A stretch of DNA of 62,925 nucleotides, the filler included, from Thraustochytrium aureum (taxonomy: Eukaryota), in the NCBI GenBank assembly GCA_012862495.1. It is 6 parts of 3 records of this genome, joined end to end, with 100 filler letters (N's around TTAATTAATTAA, not from the genome) between each part and the next. Parts side by side here need not be neighbours in the genome. Positions count along the whole stretch, not along the records: positions 38,893 to 52,518 come from BLSG01000092.1; positions 52,619 to 60,088 come from BLSG01000092.1; 4 more parts are not named here. One strand, 5' to 3'. The notes below the pieces were generated by a model. That model was not told the origin of the DNA and did no database searches. It was given only the letters and a program-made list of their open reading frames with translations. Position numbers and translations under genes: made by a program. Below, piece by piece: positions 43,041-54,691 of the stretch (within the stretch, counting starts at the first letter, position 1; each line of letters opens with the position of its first letter).

Positions 43041-44192
43041 TCACCGGGTCTGAGCTGCGAGGCACGCAGCAAGCACGCGCTTCTCCCCAAGCCGCACCAA
43101 TATGGCGTTCCTGAGGTCGACCGCGTCCTGGTCGAACGGCTCGAGGAGGGCAAGCGCTTCAGCGTCACTCTCCGCGCTGGTGGCGTACTGCGCCAAAGCG
43201 TCCTCGACGCAGGATGCGATCTCACTCGGCCGGAGCGGGACCGCAAACCCGGTCGAGCCCCCCAACGGCTCGACTGAGACGCCGCCGTCCGGAGAACACG
43301 ACAGGGAGACACCTGGCACCCGCCCTGGCCTGACCTGCACCGCATCGAAGGGGTTGCCAGGTACAGCAAAACCATACTTGCGCAAAAGCTCGGCGTTGCC
43401 GAGCGGTCCGTAGCTGATGAGGAGCTCCTCGCCGGCCCGTACCGCTCGGCGCGGGGCGACCACGAATCTGGAGCGGCCGTCGTCAAAGTAATGGTCGCAC
43501 AGCCCTGGGCTCGAGCGCGTCGCGTCGTGATTGAACATGTCCAAGAATGGCACGATTGAGAAGGGAACCTGGCCCTTGCTCTCCGAGATCGCGCGCGAGA
43601 GGACGAGCGCCCAGGCAAAGCTAAAGTTGGACGGCGGGAGCCACGAGCCAAGCCGCGGGCCCACGACTTGGCTGTACACGGCGTGGATGAGCTGTCGCTG
43701 CTCGCCAACGCGCCGCACTGCTGGGCTCGCCTGAAGCTCTGCGAGCTTGGCCTCCCCCCAGAACAGCGGCGTCTGCACAGACAGCGGGAGCGCGTCGAGG
43801 TGAGCTTGGGCCTCGCTCTCCCCCTTCTTCCCGAGCTCTTTCAGGAGCTGCACTATGAAGGCGACCGAGCCGATGAACACGGCCTGACCACGTGCCGAGA
43901 CCGGCGCGCCAAGCTCGCCACCACGCGCCCCGTCGCCCCAGACCTTGGCGAACTTGACGAGCTCGTCGCCCATTCCGGGCTCTTCTTCATCGAGCTTGCG
44001 CCAGGCCGTCTCAGCAGACAGCGGGCTCCAGCCCTTGGCGGTGACTTCCACGACGGGCTTGCCGACGGGGAGGTCGGTCGTCGCGAAGACGCCCACGCCT
44101 CGCGGGCCCGCCCGCAGCTCGATGCCGCGTGCCACGCGCCCGCCTCGATCTTCTACGTACCGTGCCACGGCGCCGAGTCGCCGCGCAGCCAT
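43041..44192 (-). CDS. SET-domain protein methyltransferase (Rubisco LSMT/SETD3-like)
   Basis: GVGVFAT, WALVLSRA, IVPFLDMFNH and GEELLISYGPLGNAELLRKYGF. Confidence 0.88.
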   Translation of the reverse strand: MAARRLGAVARYVEDRGGRVARGIELRAGPRGVGVFATTDLPVGKPVVEVTAKGWSPLSAETAWRKLDEEEPGMGDELVKFAKVWGDGARGGELGAPVSARGQAVFIGSVAFIVQLLKELGKKGESEAQAHLDALPLSVQTPLFWGEAKLAELQASPAVRRVGEQRQLIHAVYSQVVGPRLGSWLPPSNFSFAWALVLSRAISESKGQVPFSIVPFLDMFNHDATRSSPGLCDHYFDDGRSRFVVAPRRAVRAGEELLISYGPLGNAELLRKYGFAVPGNPFDAVQVRPGRVPGVSLSCSPDGGVSVEPLGGSTGFAVPLRPSEIASCVEDALAQYATSAESDAEALALLEPFDQDAVDLRNAILVRLGEKRVLAACLAAQTR

Positions 44193-44679
44193 CGCTCTTG
44201 GGAGCTCGTCTGGCGAGTCCGAGTCGGGTCTGCTCGCGCCACGAGAGGCTGGGCCAAGCCATAAGCGGCATCAGCGGCTAGCTTCCACGGGGGCTCGCGC
44301 GCGCGGCCAGGCTGAGCTTGACTGCGGCGCGCGGCACGAGCGAGCGGGCGGGCGAGGGCCCATGCGACCCCGACTGGCCGCGCATTCGACGAACCATTAG
44401 GTCCCATTCGCGTTGATCATCGGATTGACTCGCCTCTCTTGTTGTCGGCAGACGCCACAGCTGCCAGCAGCCGCCAGCCGCCGCAGCCGCCAGCCGCCGC
44501 AGCCGCGAACACGCGAGCGCCGTGGCTGCTCGCGGCAGAGGCCACCGCTGCCTCGGCGAGGTCGCTCGTCGAGGGGGCCCAACCCCCTACGGGCGGCGAA
44601 CGCGCCGAGGCCCAGGCGGCCGCGGGCAGCTCTAGCTAGAGTCTAGCTGGAGGGCGCCGCTTGCGCCGCTATCGCCGCG

Positions 44680-45712
44680 ATGGAGCTGCTGCTGCGCGAG
44701 GCTCGCGAGGCGTTGCATGCGGCCAAGCTTAGCGGGCCCGGGGACGAGGAGGTCGTCGACGCTTCCGGCGTCTTTGTCCCTGGCCGCGTGGAGCTCGTCG
44801 GCAAGCATACTGACTACGCTGGAGGGCAGTCGCTCGTCTGCGCGTTGGAGCGCGGCATGGCGTTTGCAACGGCGCGCGGCACTGCGTTTGGACAGAGGCT
44901 CGTGGTTCTCAGCATCGACGCTGGCGGCAAGGTCGAGTTTGACTTGGCGAGCCCAACAACCGGCCCTGTGGCGCTCGGCGCCGCTGCCCCGTCCGGGGCC
45001 GCCGTGCCTGGGTGGGCGGTGTATGTATCTGCGGTAGTTGCTTNNNNNNNNNNNNNNNNNNNNNNNNNNNNNNNNNNNNNNNNNNNNNNNNNNNNNNNNN
45101 NNNNNNNNNNNNNNNNNNNNNNNNNNNNNNNNNNNNNNNNNNNNNNNNNNNNNNNNNNNNNNNNNNNNNNNNNNNNNNNNNNNNNNNNNNNNNNNNNNNN
45201 NNNNNNNNNNNNNNNNNNNNNNNNNNNCGGAATCTCTCGTGCTGTCGGTGGCTGTTTCGGGCGTTGGTGCTTGCAAGACTGGCGACGCGAAGGACAAGTA
45301 TAATCGGCTCGCAGGGGCTGCTGCAGAGGTCAAGCGCGAGCGCGCCGAGCCCGAATCCAACATCGTAGTCCCCATGGCGGTGGCGGCGCTTGAATCCGGC
45401 GACCGCGCGCTTCTTGGCCGCGCGCTTGCGCTCTCGCAAATGCACGCAGAGCGCGTCCTCTTGACCACGGTCCCCGAGACCGAGCGGCTCGTGCAGCAGG
45501 CTTTGGCGCTCGGCGCGGTTGGCGCCACCGCGTTTGGCGCCGGGTTTGGCGGCGCCGTCTATGCAATTGTAGAGCGCGAGGGTGCTGACGCGTTTCTTGA
45601 GCACTGGCGCGCAAGCTATGTTGAGGCCTTTCCGGAGCTCGCGGAGAAGGCCGTTTTCTTTTTGGCGCGCCCTGCTAGAGGCGCTTGTATCCTGCGCGAT
45701 TGCGCCCAATAA
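44680..45712 (+). CDS. Galactokinase-like GHMP kinase (internal N gap)
   Basis: VPGRVELVGKHTDYAGG and C-terminal GATAFGAGFGGAVYAIV. Confidence 0.82.
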
Positions 45713-45800
45713 AAACAGTACAGGGTAGACGGTAGTAAGGTAGAGTACTTTCGAGTATCGGGTTTGCAGCTCAGGAGCGCGAGGAGGAGGCCGCTGCACA

Positions 45801-45958
45801 AGCTGCCGCGGCTTGCTTGAAGCTGCCCGGCTTGCTTGGAGCTGCCCGGCTTGCTTGAAGCTGCCGCGGCTTGCTTGAAGCTGCCGCGGCTTGATAGAAG
45901 CTGCCGCGGCTTGATTGAAGCTGCCGCGGCTTGCTTGAAGCTACCGCGGCTTGAAGCT
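45801..45958. repeat. 19-20-bp minisatellite, about 8 copies (AGCTGCCGCGGCTTGCTTGA)
   Basis: Direct tandem units without spacers. Confidence 0.92.
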
Positions 45959-46394
45959 AGAAAATGGCGAGTAGAGAAGCGACTCTTGCTCGGCGGTGAG
46001 CGCGCCAGCGGAAGCGGTTCGAACTGCCGCAGCTCGCAGAACAAGCACGAGAACAAGCGCGAGGCTTCCTACGCCCGCCGTCAAGCTTGCTCGCAACAAC
46101 AACGTCCATCGCCCACTCCTCGCCCATGCTCGTAACGACCCACACGGAGCCGACGAAGAGGATGCCTGTTGCAATTGCTAGCGCCACGCGCTGCACTGTC
46201 GCGAGGTGGTTTGACTGCAGACACAGAGACATTGTTGTCCCGATCAGCGCGCTAAAGGCAAGGCGAGCAGCCACGCCAGCGACTGAATGCAGTAGGACCT
46301 CATCGTCAAACCCCTGCGGGGCACGAGCACTGTCGGGGTCGAGCAAGAACACGGCCAGCGCCGCCAGAGACGCCACTGCTGCTGGCGTCGACAT
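45941..46394 (-). CDS. Small hypothetical membrane protein (probable frameshift at ~46085)
   Basis: MSTPAAVASLAALAVFLL..., VALAIATGILFVGSVWVV and, in a second frame, LTAGVGSLALVLVLVL: about 4 hydrophobic segments. Confidence 0.45.
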
Positions 46395-47378
46395 GCCACA
46401 GCATACGAGCGCAACGAGCCGTGGGTCATCACGTGCGTCCTCCTCGCCCAGCGAGCCTGCTCGACAAGGCTGTTTGGTTTGCCTCGCCCACGCGAGTTCA
46501 CTATGCACCCGCGCTTGCTTCATGAAGCCATGCATCTGTCCGAATGGATGGAAAGAAACAGGGACTGGCACCAGGGTCCTGGTACGAGTACCCCGCTCAG
46601 GACTCGCCTGGGGTGGGCCTAAGCTATCAGCGACCACGAAGAGCCGCTGCGTCCTCCGGACTGTTCCTCGAGGAACTCGGCGCTCGCAGCCGCGATGCAG
46701 GACTGCCACAGACCAGGCAAATCGGGGCGCGAAAGTTGCACAAGGCTGTGAGTACTCGAGTAGCTACCTACTCAAGCCAGCGGCCATGCCTTCCACCGGC
46801 CCAGCTCGACTCTGGACTTGGCCCACGGCGCTGTGTGCAGAAGAGCAGTTTCTGCGGATGCCATGGTCAACAGCATCGTGCTCGCCACGGTGTGGAGGTT
46901 GGTGGTGGCGCTCCCCGTTCAAGTCTGGCGAAACAAACACCGCGACAAGGCTTCGTCAAGAACAGGGCCTGGCCACCTTGAACTCCACCTCATGAAACAG
47001 GAAGAATTTTCCCGCAGAACTGCCTGCAAGAACTGAACACGGAGGTGCGACGAACAAAACGAGCTTAGCGAGCGAACGGTCAAGCGGCCGTCCGAGATGC
47101 TCGGCGTGGTGCTCGGCGTGGCATCAGGGCATCTGGCAATTGGGTTGAGGCGGCCTCGGACTCGGAGAGCTGGTTGGCTGGGTTCTACACTACCTCGTTG
47201 GGCGCGGCAGAGCCATCGCGCTGATTGGAGTCTCTTGGCGCGTCGAGCTTGGACGCGACGCCACTCAGGCGCGACTTGATCTCTCTGCTACTCGTAGAGA
47301 GCTCTCTACTTACTCTACTAGTAGGTACAGAGTGCCAACGCGAGCTGCGCAGAGAAACGCGCGATCGGCGCTCCTGTG

Positions 47379-48413
47379 CTAGATGGTGCCAATGCGCCGA
47401 CAGCGGACGCGAGGCAGGCTAGAGATGGCGACCTCAGCGACATCCTCGTCAGAGTCGCTGACCGCCGCATCGCGCGGGACTTGGCCAAATCTCGCTGCAG
47501 CAGCTTTGGCTTGCGATGCCCGAAGCTGCGCGAGTAGCGAGAGCGCCATTACAACACCAGACATTTGGAGACAGTCGCTGGCCGCGTTCGCTGCCAGGGC
47601 CCAGCACTCTGGGGCCACTCCCGATAGCAATACGCTCCACGCCGCGCGAGCGAGCGGCGGGCCATGGACAGCAGCGAAAATGGCCCAGTCGCGCTGGTCT
47701 TGCATGCCCTCGCTGATCCAGAGAACTATCAAACATGGATATAGTGCAATTCCCGCACCCGTCAGAATNNNNNNNNNNNNNNNNNNNNNNNNNNNNNNNN
47801 NNNNNNNNNNNNNNNNNNNNNNNNNNNNNNNNNNNNNNNNNNNNNNNNNNNNNNNNNNNNNNNNNNNNNNNNNNNNNNNNNNNNNNNNNNNNNNNNNNNN
47901 NNNNNNNNNNNNNNNNNNNNNNNNNNNNNNNNNNNNNNNNNNNNNNNNNNNNNNNNNNNNNNNNNNNNNNNNNNNNNNNNNNNNNNNNNNNNNNNNNNNN
48001 NNNNNNNNNNNNNNNNNNNNNNNNNNNNNNNNNNNNNNNNNNNNNNNNNNNNNNTGCAGCGCCAAAACGGCCACAATCACTACGTCTTGCACGACGAGCT
48101 GGGCCGCCCTTCGCTGCTCGTCACGCCCCGCCTCGCCCTCCAACTCAAAGCAAAACCCGCACGTCGTGCACCGCCCCGCCTCCGCGGGCCGCTTCGCGCG
48201 CCACTCATCGAGGCACCCTCGATGCACAAACGCGCACGACCCAGAGCAGCTGCAGGGCGCAATCAGTTCGTCTTGCGGCTCCGCCTCAAAGCATATCCTG
48301 CAGGCCACCGAGGCGCTTCCGTGCCTGGTGCGCTGTGCAGGTTGAACCCAGGCGGGATCTGCCTCGCATTTCGAATCCGCCACAGCCCAGCCGTCCGCTG
48401 GCCTGCAGGCCAT
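47379..48413 (-). CDS. RINGv (MARCH-type) membrane E3 ubiquitin ligase (internal N gap)
   Basis: C4HC3 pattern CRICFE...LIAPCSCSGSCAFVHRGCLDEW...CTTC followed by TM segments. Confidence 0.85.
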   Translation of the reverse strand: MACRPADGWAVADSKCEADPAWVQPAQRTRHGSASVACRICFEAEPQDELIAPCSCSGSCAFVHRGCLDEWRAKRPAEAGRCTTCGFCFELEGEAGRDEQRRAAQLVVQDVVIVAVLALXXXXXXXXXXXXXXXXXXXXXXXXXXXXXXXXXXXXXXXXXXXXXXXXXXXXXXXXXXXXXXXXXXXXXXXXXXXXXXXXXXXXXXXXXXXXXXXXILTGAGIALYPCLIVLWISEGMQDQRDWAIFAAVHGPPLARAAWSVLLSGVAPECWALAANAASDCLQMSGVVMALSLLAQLRASQAKAAAARFGQVPRDAAVSDSDEDVAEVAISSLPRVRCRRIGTI

Positions 48414-49344
48414 CCTGGCCGTCGAGGGTCTGCTCGCTCGGCGTCAAACACTTCTGTCGTTGGTTGGTTTCGTGCATGCACACTTTCGGAAGGCGCGTGC
48501 CTTGCGTTTTGCGAGTTTTCCGGAGGGTTTATCGAGGCAAAGCCGGCGCGAGATAGACCATCCCGATTTGTCTGCCTTGGGATGGGCGTTGCGATGAATT
48601 GTGATTGGCGAGCGACGAGCGAACGGCGCCGCGGCAGCGCTGGTTCGCATTGTTGTGAAGGCCGCGCGTTGCGGGGCTCACGAGGATGGATTTGATTTGC
48701 TCACGGCGTTTCGTTTTGTGGAGAGAAATGGCAGGCAGGCGAATTGCCCGCGCGCAGTCGCGCCACCTCTGCCTCGATGTCTTGAAGTCAATCAAACGCT
48801 TACTTACGCACTCGAAAGTCAACCAAACGCTTTTGAGTGCGTTGGTCCGGCGGGCGGTGGATGCTCGGAGGCGGATGGATGGCCCGCGACCTGCTTGGCC
48901 CGGTTGTGGGCGCGATGACGCGTCCCCAAGCAACGGCACGTCGGGCCTTAAACGCCCGGCAGGCGCTCGTGCATAGTCAGTGCAGGCCCTGTCTAGCGCG
49001 CGCTCTCGCGCAGTCGGCAGCGCGGCCACCACGGTAGCTGTTCAAGACGAGCTTCTGTGAGAATTTTTTGCCCGTCTCGAGGTGGCAGGAATCAGGAATA
49101 CATCAAGTAGAGTAGGGTACTCTTCTGCGAAGGCAATTGATGCTGCAAAGGGTGGCGCCTGTGTATGCACTTCAGGCAGCTGCGCGCAGGAGTGCGATTG
49201 ACGGTGGTGCAGCGTAGGTTGAATGGCGGGCTGGTTCCCGGAATCACGTGAAACAGGAGCGAGCGTGCCTGCCTGCCTGCTTGCCTGCTTGCCAAGCACA
49301 GAAAATTGCCCCAGTGGGATAATAATTGAGACACTGATGTCTCC

Positions 49345-49398
49345 GCCAGAGCGGGACCGCAGCCAGAGCGGGACCGCAGCCAGAGCGGGACCGCAGCC
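49345..49398. repeat. 17-bp perfect tandem repeat x3 (GCCAGAGCGGGACCGCA) upstream of coronin
   Basis: Seen directly. Confidence 0.92.
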
Positions 49399-49555
49399 CT
49401 TGCTACGCTTGCTCTAAGCCTACGTTCTCGGCAGCAGCGCCCGCCAAATCGGTCTGATCTGGCCAGACACCAAACACACAAGCAGACCACAAACTCTGCG
49501 CACCAAACAGGAGGCTCGAACTCAACGAAACCAAGCCCTCGCGCAGCCAAGCAAG

Positions 49556-50598
49556 ATGCGGTTCGTTCGCACGAGCAAAGTGCGCCACGTGTACTGCGAT
49601 CCCGCCAAGCCGGAGAAGCAGTACCACGACCTGCGCATCAGCAGCGCCACCGGCGACCACAACTACATCAAGGCCAACACCGAGTTCATGGCCTATCCGG
49701 TCCAAACCGGCGGCGGCGCACTGACGGTGGTACCGCTCGCCTCGGTTGGCAAGCTTCCGCCAGTGCTACCCGTGCTGGACGGCCACATCGGGCCGGTGCT
49801 CGACTTTGATTTCAACCCATTCAACAACAGCATGATCGCCACTGGAGGCGACGACTGCACCGTCAAGGTGTGGTCCATCCCAGCGGGCGGGCTCGTTGAA
49901 AACATCATGGACCCCTTAGTCAACATGGCCGAGCACCAGAAAAAGGTCACAGTCGTCCGATACCACCCCAGCGCAGACAACGTGCTGGCCTCGGGGTCTG
50001 CTGACGGCGCTGTAAAGGTCTGGGATGTGCAACGGTCAGAGTCGCGCGTGACATGCACGGACAACACCCAGCTGATCCAGGACGTGGTGTGGAACTACGA
50101 CGGCTCGCTCCTGGCTTCAAGCTGCAAGGACAAGATGATGCGCGTGATCGACCCCCGCAGCGGCGAGACGGTCCAAAGCACAATTGCGCACCAAGGAACC
50201 AAGACGTCCAAGCTGTGCTTTCTCGGCAGCCGCGGTACGATCTGCAGCGTCGGGTTTACGCGCTCAAGCAAGCGACAGTTCAAGATCTGGGACCCGCGCA
50301 ACCTGTCCAGCCCCATCGCGACCTGCGACATCGACCAAGGCTCGGGCGTAATCATGCCGTTCTTCGACGAGGGCACAAACCTGCTCTTCCTGGCCGGCAA
50401 GGGCGACGGCAACATACGGTACTTTGAGATCACCGACGAGGAGCCCTACCAGTATCACGTCAGCGAGTACAGGGCCTCCTCGCCGGCGCGCGGCATGGCG
50501 CTCGTTCCCAAGCTCGGATGCGACGTGTCGCGCTGCGAGGTGGCGCGCTTCCTCAAGCTCACCAAAGACTCTATCGAGCCGCCAGTTTTATTGTCCCG
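49556..50598 (+). CDS. Coronin (WD40 actin-binding protein); 3' end in gap
   Basis: MRFVRTSKVRHVY, GHIGPVLDFDFNPFN, AHQGTK, IDQGSGVIMPFFD, LAGKGDGNIRYFE and CEVARFLKL. Confidence 0.95.
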
Positions 50599-51403
50599 NN
50601 NNNNNNNNNNNNNNNNNNNNNNNNNNNNNNNNNNNNNNNNNNNNNNNNNNNNNNNNNNNNNNNNNNNNNNNNNNNNNNNNNNNNNNNNNNNNNNNNNNNN
50701 NNNNNNNNNNNNNNNNNNNNNNNNNNNNNNNNNNNNNNNNNNNNNNNNNNNNNNNNNNNNNNNNNNNNNNNNNNNNNNNNNNNNNNNNNNNNNNNNNNNN
50801 NNNNNNNNNNNNNNNNNNNNNNNNNNNNNNNNNNNNNNNNNNNNNNNNNNNNNNNNNNNNNNNNNNNNNNNNNNNNNNNNNNNNNNNNNNNNNNNNNNNN
50901 NNNNNNNNNNNNNNNNNNNNNNNNNNNNNNNNNNNNNNNNNNNNNNNNNNNNNNNNNNNNNNNNNNNNNNNNNNNNNNNNNNNNNNNNNNNNNNNNNNNN
51001 NNNNNNNNNNNNNNNNNNNNNNNNNNNNNNNNNNNNNNNNNNNNNNNNNNNNNNNNNNNNNNNNNNNNNNNNNNNNNNNNNNNNNNNNNNNNNNNNNNNN
51101 NNNNNNNNNNNNNNNNNNNNNNNNNNNNNNNNNNNNNNNNNNNNNNNNNNNNNNNNNNNNNNNNNNNNNNNNNNNNNNNNNNNNNNNNNNNNNNNNNNNN
51201 NNNNNNNNNNNNNNNNNNNNNNNNNNNNNNNNNNNNNNNNNNNNNNNNNNNNNNNNNNNNNNNNNNNNNNNNNNNNNNNNNNNNNNNNNNNNNNNNNNNN
51301 NNNNNNNNNNNNNNNNNNNNNNNNNNNNNNNNNNNNNNNNNNNNNNNNNNNNNNNNNNNNNNNNNNNNNNNNNNNNNNNNNNNNNNNNNNNNNNNNNNNN
51401 NNN

Positions 51404-52224
51404 CCGAGCACCTCAAGCGGGTGAACAAGCAGGACTCTTTCCCACAGCTGTACGTGGGCGGTCGCTTCGTCGGCGGCCTCGACGCCCTACGCTCCTTGGT
51501 TGCCGTGGACGGCGGGGCGAAGCTCAAGGAGATGATCTCCGGCAACTTGGTGCAGGCTGCTCGGCGGCCGGCGCCCAAGGCGCCTGCCGCAGCCGCCCCC
51601 GTCGTCGACGATGCCTACTTGACCAAGCTCGTCGGCAGCGCCCCGGTGATGCTCTTCATGAAGGGGTCGCCCGACTCGCCCTCTTGCGGGTTCTCGTCCA
51701 AGATTGTGGCGCTGCTGCGTGAACACGGCATTGCGTTTTCAAGCTTTGACATTCTCCAGTCGCCGGACGTGCGAGCCAAGCTCAAGGTCTTTGCCAACTG
51801 GCCCACGTACCCGCAGCTCTGGGTCTCTGGCAAGCTCGTTGGTGGGCTGGACATTGTGCAGGAGATGGCTGAGGACGGCGACCTCGGTGCGGAGCTCGGC
51901 ATTGAGCCCCTTGAAAAGCGGCTCCAAGCGCTCGTGTCTCGCTCGCCGGTGATGGTTTTTATGAAGGGCACTCCGGCCGAGCCGCGTTGCGGCTTTTCGC
52001 GCGAGACGGTGCGCATTCTGAGCGAGGAGGGCGTTGCTTTTGACACGTTCAACATCCTGGAGGACGATGAGGTGCGCCAGGGGCTCAAGACGTTTTCAAA
52101 CTGGCCCACGTACCCGCAGCTCTACGTCGGGGGCAAGCTTGTGGGTGGGCTCGACATCATCAAGGAGCTCAAGGAGGAGGACGAGCTCAAGGACGCGCTG
52201 CAGGCCCCGCCGGCGCAGCTCTAG
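51404..52224 (+). CDS. GLRX3: Multidomain monothiol (CGFS) glutaredoxin, GLRX3/PICOT/GRXS17 type; 5' end in gap
   Basis: Two complete FMKG.P..P.CGFS...NWPTYPQL...GGLDI domains, plus the end of a preceding Grx domain ([16 protein letters not shown]). Confidence 0.9.
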
Positions 52225-52562
52225 CCCGGAACCAGGTTTAGCTCTCTCCCGTTGGACGCAAGTGCCTCGGCGAGTGAGAGGGAGTGAGGAAGAGAGCCTG
52301 CCGAAAGTTTGTGCGGAGACGTCTTCTCGCGGCCCCTTTCGAGCCGGCGTTGTCCGAGCAGCCAGCGAAGCGCCTGCGCCTTGCCTGGAAGGGGCAGATA
52401 AAAACAAATTGATTTTGGTGCAAAGGAAGCCGTCTCCTTTTATAAAATTACAGGGCCACGCTGCCCGCACGCCGCTGGTCGCTTGCCAGATTCAGACTCC
52501 CACCTGCGGGTCTTAAAANNNNNNNNNNNNNNNNNNNNNNNNNNNNNNNNNNNNNNNNNNNN

Positions 52563-52574
52563 TTAATTAATTAA
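52563..52574. other. Artificial contig linker TTAATTAATTAA
   Basis: Same 12-mer within N runs. Confidence 0.97.
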
Positions 52575-52627
52575 NNNNNNNNNNNNNNNNNNNNNNNNNN
52601 NNNNNNNNNNNNNNNNNNTTCGGTCAG

Positions 52628-52628
<1 letters not shown>

Positions 52629-52676
<48 letters not shown>

Positions 52677-52759
52677 TTGGACGACTCGGAAGGAGGACTC
52701 GAGCTCTGCAGATGTTGGTGGCTGTTCTCGAGTTGAGTGGCTGGCTTTTTGTTCGCTCA

Positions 52760-52790
<31 letters not shown>
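52629..52790. repeat. (CTG)n microsatellites within a CTG-rich low-complexity region extending to ~53170
   Basis: Runs of about 15 and about 10 CTG units are seen directly. Confidence 0.9.
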
Positions 52791-52793
<3 letters not shown>

Positions 52794-54691
52794 GTACTCG
52801 AGTACTACAGTGAATACTCTGCAGGTGTTGATTGTATGAGAAGAGTGGTAAGTAGGTCTATGTTGTGGAGTGGAGCAAGGATGATGTACTCCACGTGTCA
52901 GCTGCGCTGCTGAGTCCCACTGCTGCTTCTTTTGATTGATCTGCTGCTGCTCGTTCGGCGCCTGCTGTCGCTGCTGGTGTTGTGCTACTCTTGGTGGCCT
53001 TACCATCGGGTTCGAGGATGGGCTTGTCAGCTGCTTCTGCTCTCGCTGCTGTTGCTGGACGTTCTGAGCCCTTCAACGTTTCTGCCACCGCCGCCGCTGC
53101 TGCCGCTGCTGCTGCTGCCTGCGGCGGTTCTGGCCGTTGCCTGCTGCTGCTGCGAGGGTCTGTCTGCTGTGAGGGAGCAGCACTGCCGCCGCGAATCTCG
53201 AGCAACCTATCAGCAGGTGCTCTGGTAGTTGATTGCGTGGCTCTGGCTCGACCTGGCGGCTATTGATTGATCGAGTGCTGGATTTGATCGACCTCGGGTT
53301 CGATCTGGCGCTGATCAACCAGCTCTTCGTCATCGAAGCCGTTCGCCCGCAGAGCAAGGAGGTTGGGGTTTTGCTCTGGAGTTACAAGCGAAGGGCTTGA
53401 CGTTGATGGTGTAGGTGGTTTGGTGGCCTATCTTGCTGACGGCTTGCGCGTATGACGCGGCGAGGGCGCGCGCGAAAAGCGCGCCTTTTGACCGCAGTAC
53501 TCGCGTGTGTTGCTTTGATCAAGAGCGGTCTTTGATTTTTGGGGTTGACGTTGACACTCTGTACAATTCACCGACACGCCGGCTCATTCGTAAACAGGAA
53601 AAAACTCAGAGCGCATGGCGGCGTTGCATGGCAGCGGTGCACTTGCGTGTCCATCCATCAAGCCCGGCACAAATCTACTCGTGCTGCGGTGATGACAGCA
53701 AGTCTCGGTCAAAGCGGAGAGCCTAATCTTCGGGACCGCTGTTCTCTAGAGCTGGAATTCTGCCTCCACTCACGCTGGCAAGCATCCCCGACCGGGCTTG
53801 AGCGAGACTTCACCCCAAGGTCCAGGAGCGGGGTTGCGCTTGCGCCACCACATNNNNNNNNNNNNNNNNNNNNNNNNNNNNNNNNNNNNNNNNNNNNNNN
53901 NNNNNNNNNNNNNNNNNNNNNNNNNNNNNNNNNNNNNNNNNNNNNNNNNNNNNNNNNNNNNNNNNNNNNNNNNNNNNNNNNNNNNNNNNNNNNNNNNNNN
54001 NNNNNNNNNNNNNNNNNNNNNNNNNNNNNNNNNNNNNNNNNNNNNNNNNNNNNNNNNNNNNNNNNNNNNNNNNNNNNNNNNNNNNNNNNNNNNNNNNNNN
54101 NNNNNNNNNNNNNNNNNNNNNNNNNNNNNNNNNNNNNNNNNNNNNNNNNNNNNNNNNNNNNNNNNNNNNNNNNNNNNNNNNNNNNNNNNNNNNNNNNNNN
54201 NNNNNNNNNNNNNNNNNNNNNNNNNNNNNNNNNNNNNNNNNNNNNNNNNNNNNNNNNNNNNNNNNNNNNNNNNNNNNNNNNNNNNNNNNNNNNNNNNNNN
54301 NNNNNNNNNNNNNNNNNNNNNNNNNNNNNNNNNNNNNNNNNNNNNNNNNNNNNNNNNNNNNNNNNNNNNNNNNNNNNNNNNNNNNNNNNNNNNNNNNNNN
54401 NNNNNNNNNNNNNNNNNNNNNNNNNNNNNNNNNNNNNNNNNNNNNNNNNNNNNNNNNNNNNNNNNNNNNNNNNNNNNNNNNNNNNNNNNNNNNNNNNNNN
54501 NNNNNNNNNNNNNNNNNNNNNNNNNNNNNNNNNNNNNNNNNNNNNNNNNNNNNNNNNNNNNNNNNNNNNNNNNNNNNNNNNNNNNNNNNNNNNNNNNNNN
54601 NNNNNNNNNNNNNNNNNNNNNNNNNNNNNNNNNNNNNNNNNNNNNNNNNNNNNNNNNNNNNNNNNNNNNNNNNNNNNNNNNNNNNNNNNNN

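Noticed and set aside
45801..45958. CRISPR-like array (also considered for 20589-20742, 49345-49398 and 8982-9183)
   Set aside because: These repeats are contiguous without unique spacers, or are too short and degenerate. There are no cas genes and the context is eukaryotic.
46850..46930. VNSIVLATVWRLVVALP, faintly resembling an L1/Tx1 post-RT motif
   Set aside because: It is too short and there are no flanking RT motifs.
52618..53400. PolyQ/polyA protein gene on the minus strand
   Set aside because: The frames are short and conflicting and are dominated by CTG microsatellite. No CDS can be supported, although a fragment cannot be excluded.
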